Shown piece after piece: positions 60,703 through 64,000 of a stretch of DNA of 64,000 nt. A program made the translations under genes and the position numbers. The first letter of the stretch is position 1; each line of letters starts with the position of its first letter. Source of the stretch: an uncultured cyanobacterium (GTDB lineage: Bacteria; Cyanobacteriota; Cyanobacteriia; Cyanobacteriales; CAWCAG01); the NCBI GenBank assembly GCA_963793425.1, contig CAWCAG010000009.1, positions 352,001-416,000 of the forward strand. The letters run 5' to 3'. The notes under the pieces are model-generated. The model searched no databases, was not told where the DNA came from, and worked only from the letters and a program-made list of their open reading frames with translations.

Positions 60703-62181
60703 TTGAACTTTTCAGACTTTTCATTTTGGTGGGTGCTGCTACTCTACAGCATTCCGTTTTTAATCATTCGCACCCTTTGCAAGTCCATTAACCGTTGGTC
60801 ACCAGAATTTGACCGTATTGGTTTGATGGTCTTGTCTTTGACGTTGTTTTTAAATGCTTCTTTTAAAAGCTTTATCGTCTTCCTGTTTGAGATTATTTTT
60901 AATTACTTAATGGTGCGGTTAATGCTGCGCCAAAAAGGAAATTCAGCTAAAATATTTGCCACTTTGGTGATTGTTTTTGATATTGCTATTTTGGCTTATT
61001 TTAAATATCTAACTTTTTTTGTTGAGGATGTTGTTGGTTTAGCTATACCTGGGGGCCTCTCAGAGAATTGGCAAGCAGGCTTTCCTTTACCGGTATTTGA
61101 CCAAATTCCCCCCGGAGTTTCTTTCTACACCTTCCAAATGGTGTCTTTTGTGGTGGAATCCCTGAAGCAAACGAAAAGGAAACGTAAGCCCAAACCGATT
61201 GCTTTTATTGATTACGTTAACTTTGTGGCTTTCTTCCCGCAAATTGTGGCAGGGCCTATTGAACGGCGTTCGGATTTATTTCCTCAGCTACAAAAGTTTG
61301 AGTTTCAATTTAATGCAGATAATATTGAAGCGGGGCTGCGTTGGTTTTCTTTAGGGCTATTTATGAAAATGGTTCTAGCAGATAATCTTTTCCCTTTTAT
61401 TGATGTCGAACAAGCAACTAATCCTTGGTTAGTTTGGTTATATGCTTTCTTATTTACCCTAAGAATTTACTTTGATTTCGCTGGTTATAGTTTCATGGCT
61501 TTGGGTATTGCTAGGACTATGGGGGTGAAACTAACTATTAACTTTCTTTCTCCCTATACTTCTACCAGTATTCAAGAATTTTGGCGAAGGTGGCATATAA
61601 CCTTAAGTACTTGGTTTCGGGATTATGTTTTTATTCCTTTGATGGGAACGAATAAAAAGTGGGCGACATCTTATCTTTTTATCACCTTCACCCTATCGGG
61701 TTTTTGGCACGGGGCAGCTTGGAACTTTATTATTTGGGGCGCTTATCATGGGGCTTTGTTGCTTTTATTACGCTATGCTGGGCGACCTTTCCAACGCATG
61801 ATGGGAAACAAATCTGGTGGGGGTTCCCGCTTTTTCTCTTGGGCTTTAACTTTTGGGTCGATAATTTTGGGTTGTTTATTCTTTATGGACACGAATATCA
61901 GCCGCTTAGTTACCAAGTTACAAACTATCATTAACCCCACAGCTTATTCCTTGGGTAACTTAACTGGGGCTTTTAGTGACTTTACCGTCAATGAAATAGC
62001 AGCCTTGACTTTAACCTTGGGGTTAAGTTTAGGTTGGCTACTAATTGAACATATTGAAGTGTGGCAAAAACGCCCCGAATATGAATTATTACGAAATCCT
62101 TGGGTATCCCCTTTGCTGTTAGGTTTAACTTTATTGTTAGCAGCTAATCAACCTTCTGAATTTATTTACTTTGAGTTCTAA
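60703..62181 (+). CDS. MBOAT family O-acyltransferase (AlgI/DltB-like)
   Basis: GVSFYTFQ, FFPQIVAGPI, YFDFAGYS, FWRRWHITLSTWFRDY, SGFWHGA. Confidence 0.92.
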   Translation: MNFSDFSFWWVLLLYSIPFLIIRTLCKSINRWSPEFDRIGLMVLSLTLFLNASFKSFIVFLFEIIFNYLMVRLMLRQKGNSAKIFATLVIVFDIAILAYFKYLTFFVEDVVGLAIPGGLSENWQAGFPLPVFDQIPPGVSFYTFQMVSFVVESLKQTKRKRKPKPIAFIDYVNFVAFFPQIVAGPIERRSDLFPQLQKFEFQFNADNIEAGLRWFSLGLFMKMVLADNLFPFIDVEQATNPWLVWLYAFLFTLRIYFDFAGYSFMALGIARTMGVKLTINFLSPYTSTSIQEFWRRWHITLSTWFRDYVFIPLMGTNKKWATSYLFITFTLSGFWHGAAWNFIIWGAYHGALLLLLRYAGRPFQRMMGNKSGGGSRFFSWALTFGSIILGCLFFMDTNISRLVTKLQTIINPTAYSLGNLTGAFSDFTVNEIAALTLTLGLSLGWLLIEHIEVWQKRPEYELLRNPWVSPLLLGLTLLLAANQPSEFIYFEF

Positions 62182-62817
62182 TGTCGAAACCTTTAAACCT
62201 ACTTAAATGGGTTACTGCGGCTGGTTTAGCTTGGGGTCTTGGTTGCGTTTACAACGTTTACTACGGCGGTGAGTTGAGTTGGTTACGGATTATGTATCAA
62301 GAGAAAGTTGCCCTAGCCGAAAAGGTAGAAGCCCCACGCAGATTAATTATTACTGGGGGTTCAGGGGCGCATTATACCATTAATTCTGAGTTGTTAGAAA
62401 AAGAGTTAGGTATACCTGTAATCAACCTGGGTATAGATGGGCCGGTAGGGTTAGATGTGATTCTACCCAGTGTTCTTAAGCAAGTGCAACCAGGAGATAT
62501 TGTCCTGTTAATTCCAGAATATTTAGTTCTTCTGGATGAAGACGGTTTGGCTGAACGTTCCGGGCCTTTTGTTTTAGCTACAGGGCAAGTGGGTTTGGGA
62601 GATATTCCCCCGAAACAATTAGTCCAAGATGTTTGGATGCTAGGGATTCCTAGCTTAAGAGCCTTGACAAAATCCACAAAATTACAATATCCAAAGCGAT
62701 TCGGATCTCTTTGCTGATACCCATTACCATCTCAAACTAAATTCTATGAAAATACGATCGCGCCAAATTGCTGAAGAGATTGAACCAATTTTGGAAGAAT
62801 TAGGGAACAGGGAATAG
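62181..62817 (+). pseudogene. SGNH-like (DltD/AlgJ-type) partner, internally deleted and frameshifted
   Basis: N-terminal anchor, IITGGSG, INLGIDG; after about 62680 another frame reads YNIQSDSDLFADTHYHLK...LGNRE* (stop 62815-62817). Confidence 0.65.
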
Positions 62818-62888
62818 TCAACAGTCAATAGTAAGTTCTTAAACTTATTACTTATTACTTATTACTTATTACTTCTTCCCTAAACCAG

Positions 62889-64000
62889 ATGTTAGATACT
62901 AACAGAATTACAAACTCAACAAGTCCTACTAAAATCTGCATCCTGGGGGGTGGTTTTGGTGGTCTTTATACGGCTTTATATTTACAGTCTTTTAAAGGGA
63001 TTAATTCTTCTCAATATCAAGTTACATTAGTTGATCAAAATGATCATCTCCTCTTTACTCCCCTACTTTATGAAGTGATTACTGATGAGTTACAAACTTG
63101 GGAAATTGCCCCTGCTTATAAAAAGCTGTTGAGTCATACCAAGGTAAGAATTATTCAGGATCGGGTTGTTGATTTAGATTTAAAAACCCATTTAGTAAAA
63201 TTGTTGCAAGGACAACTTACCTATGATTATTTAGTCCTGGCTTTAGGGAATAAGAATCGTTTTGCAGGAGTTGTGGGGGCGAAAGAACATAGTTTAACTT
63301 TCCGTAGTTTAAAAGATACTTTACTGCTGAAAGAAAAGCTTGTGGAGTTATCAAAATCAGCACAAGAAACTATTCGAGTTGCGATTATTGGTGGTGGACC
63401 CAGTGGAGTGGAATTAGGGACAAAAATTGCTGACTTTTTGGGTAGAAGGGCGGATATACGCTTAATAGAAAGGGGAACTCAAATTCTTAAAGCTTATACT
63501 CCAGCGACGCAACGTAGTGGTAAGGAAGCTTTGGAGAAACGGGGAGTAAGAATTAGTTTTGAAACTAGTGTTGAGAAGGTTGAACCGAATCAAGTTACTT
63601 TGATTCAGAAGGAAGAAACTTTTACGATTCCGGTAGATTTGGTGTTATGGAGTACTGGTACAAAAACTCAGGAATTGATTGCTAATTTAAGTTGTCAACA
63701 TAACGAAAGAGGACAAGTTATTACTTTACCAACCCTACAAATTCCTGAATATCCAGAAGTTCTTGCTTTAGGGGACTTAGCAGAAGTTAAAAACCCTAAT
63801 GGTAAATTAGTGCCAGCAACGGCACAAGCCGCCTATCAACAAGCAAGTCAAGCAGCGAAAAATTTGAAGGCTAGCTTTAAAAATAAACCTTTAAAACGCT
63901 TCCGTTATTTGCATTTAGGAGAAATGATTACTTTAGGAATTAATGATGCTGCCGTATCAAGTTTTGGTATTAATTTAAAAGGTTCTCTTGCTGCTTTGGT
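62889..64000 (+). CDS. Type II NADH dehydrogenase-like FAD-dependent oxidoreductase (partial, runs off the window)
   Basis: ILGGGFGGLYTA, FTPLLYE, IIGGGPSGVELG, ALGD, PATAQAAYQQ; absent from the ORF track because there is no stop in the window. Confidence 0.9.
   Translation, partial: MLDTNRITNSTSPTKICILGGGFGGLYTALYLQSFKGINSSQYQVTLVDQNDHLLFTPLLYEVITDELQTWEIAPAYKKLLSHTKVRIIQDRVVDLDLKTHLVKLLQGQLTYDYLVLALGNKNRFAGVVGAKEHSLTFRSLKDTLLLKEKLVELSKSAQETIRVAIIGGGPSGVELGTKIADFLGRRADIRLIERGTQILKAYTPATQRSGKEALEKRGVRISFETSVEKVEPNQVTLIQKEETFTIPVDLVLWSTGTKTQELIANLSCQHNERGQVITLPTLQIPEYPEVLALGDLAEVKNPNGKLVPATAQAAYQQASQAAKNLKASFKNKPLKRFRYLHLGEMITLGINDAAVSSFGINLKGSLAAL

Overview
A 64-kb cyanobacterial chromosomal segment, judged from frequent HIP1 GCGATCGC sites, 7-bp short tandem repeats in intergenic spaces, and patD, Uma2, DUF1822 and DUF928 genes. 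Housekeeping genes (eno, mtnA, dusA, dnaB with a mini-intein, relA/spoT, anmK, comM/yifB, tldD, a type II NADH dehydrogenase) alternate with signalling genes and accessory cassettes. Most notable: (i) a stand-alone UG/Abi-like (DRT-type) reverse transcriptase with a WVDD active site and helical C-terminus, between mtnA and eno; (ii) a decayed Bell-like effector / WD40 NLR-like pair whose termini share a matching YAATSxxGxANI motif, a candidate amyloid signalling sequence; (iii) a PPTase-FAAL-ACAD-ACP-MBOAT-SGNH acyl-export cluster; (iv) a sigma-like / DUF1822 / CHAT-CHASE2 / DUF928 cassette; (v) four tandem genes sharing an uncharacterised domain; (vi) a MerR + vWA-Macro operon. Many genes are broken by internal deletion or truncation, two MITE-like repeat families are present, and an orphan 57-bp pyruvate kinase fragment lies in an intergenic space. 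No rRNA, tRNA, CRISPR array or intact transposase was recognised. All assignments come from motif recognition by eye; no searches were run.
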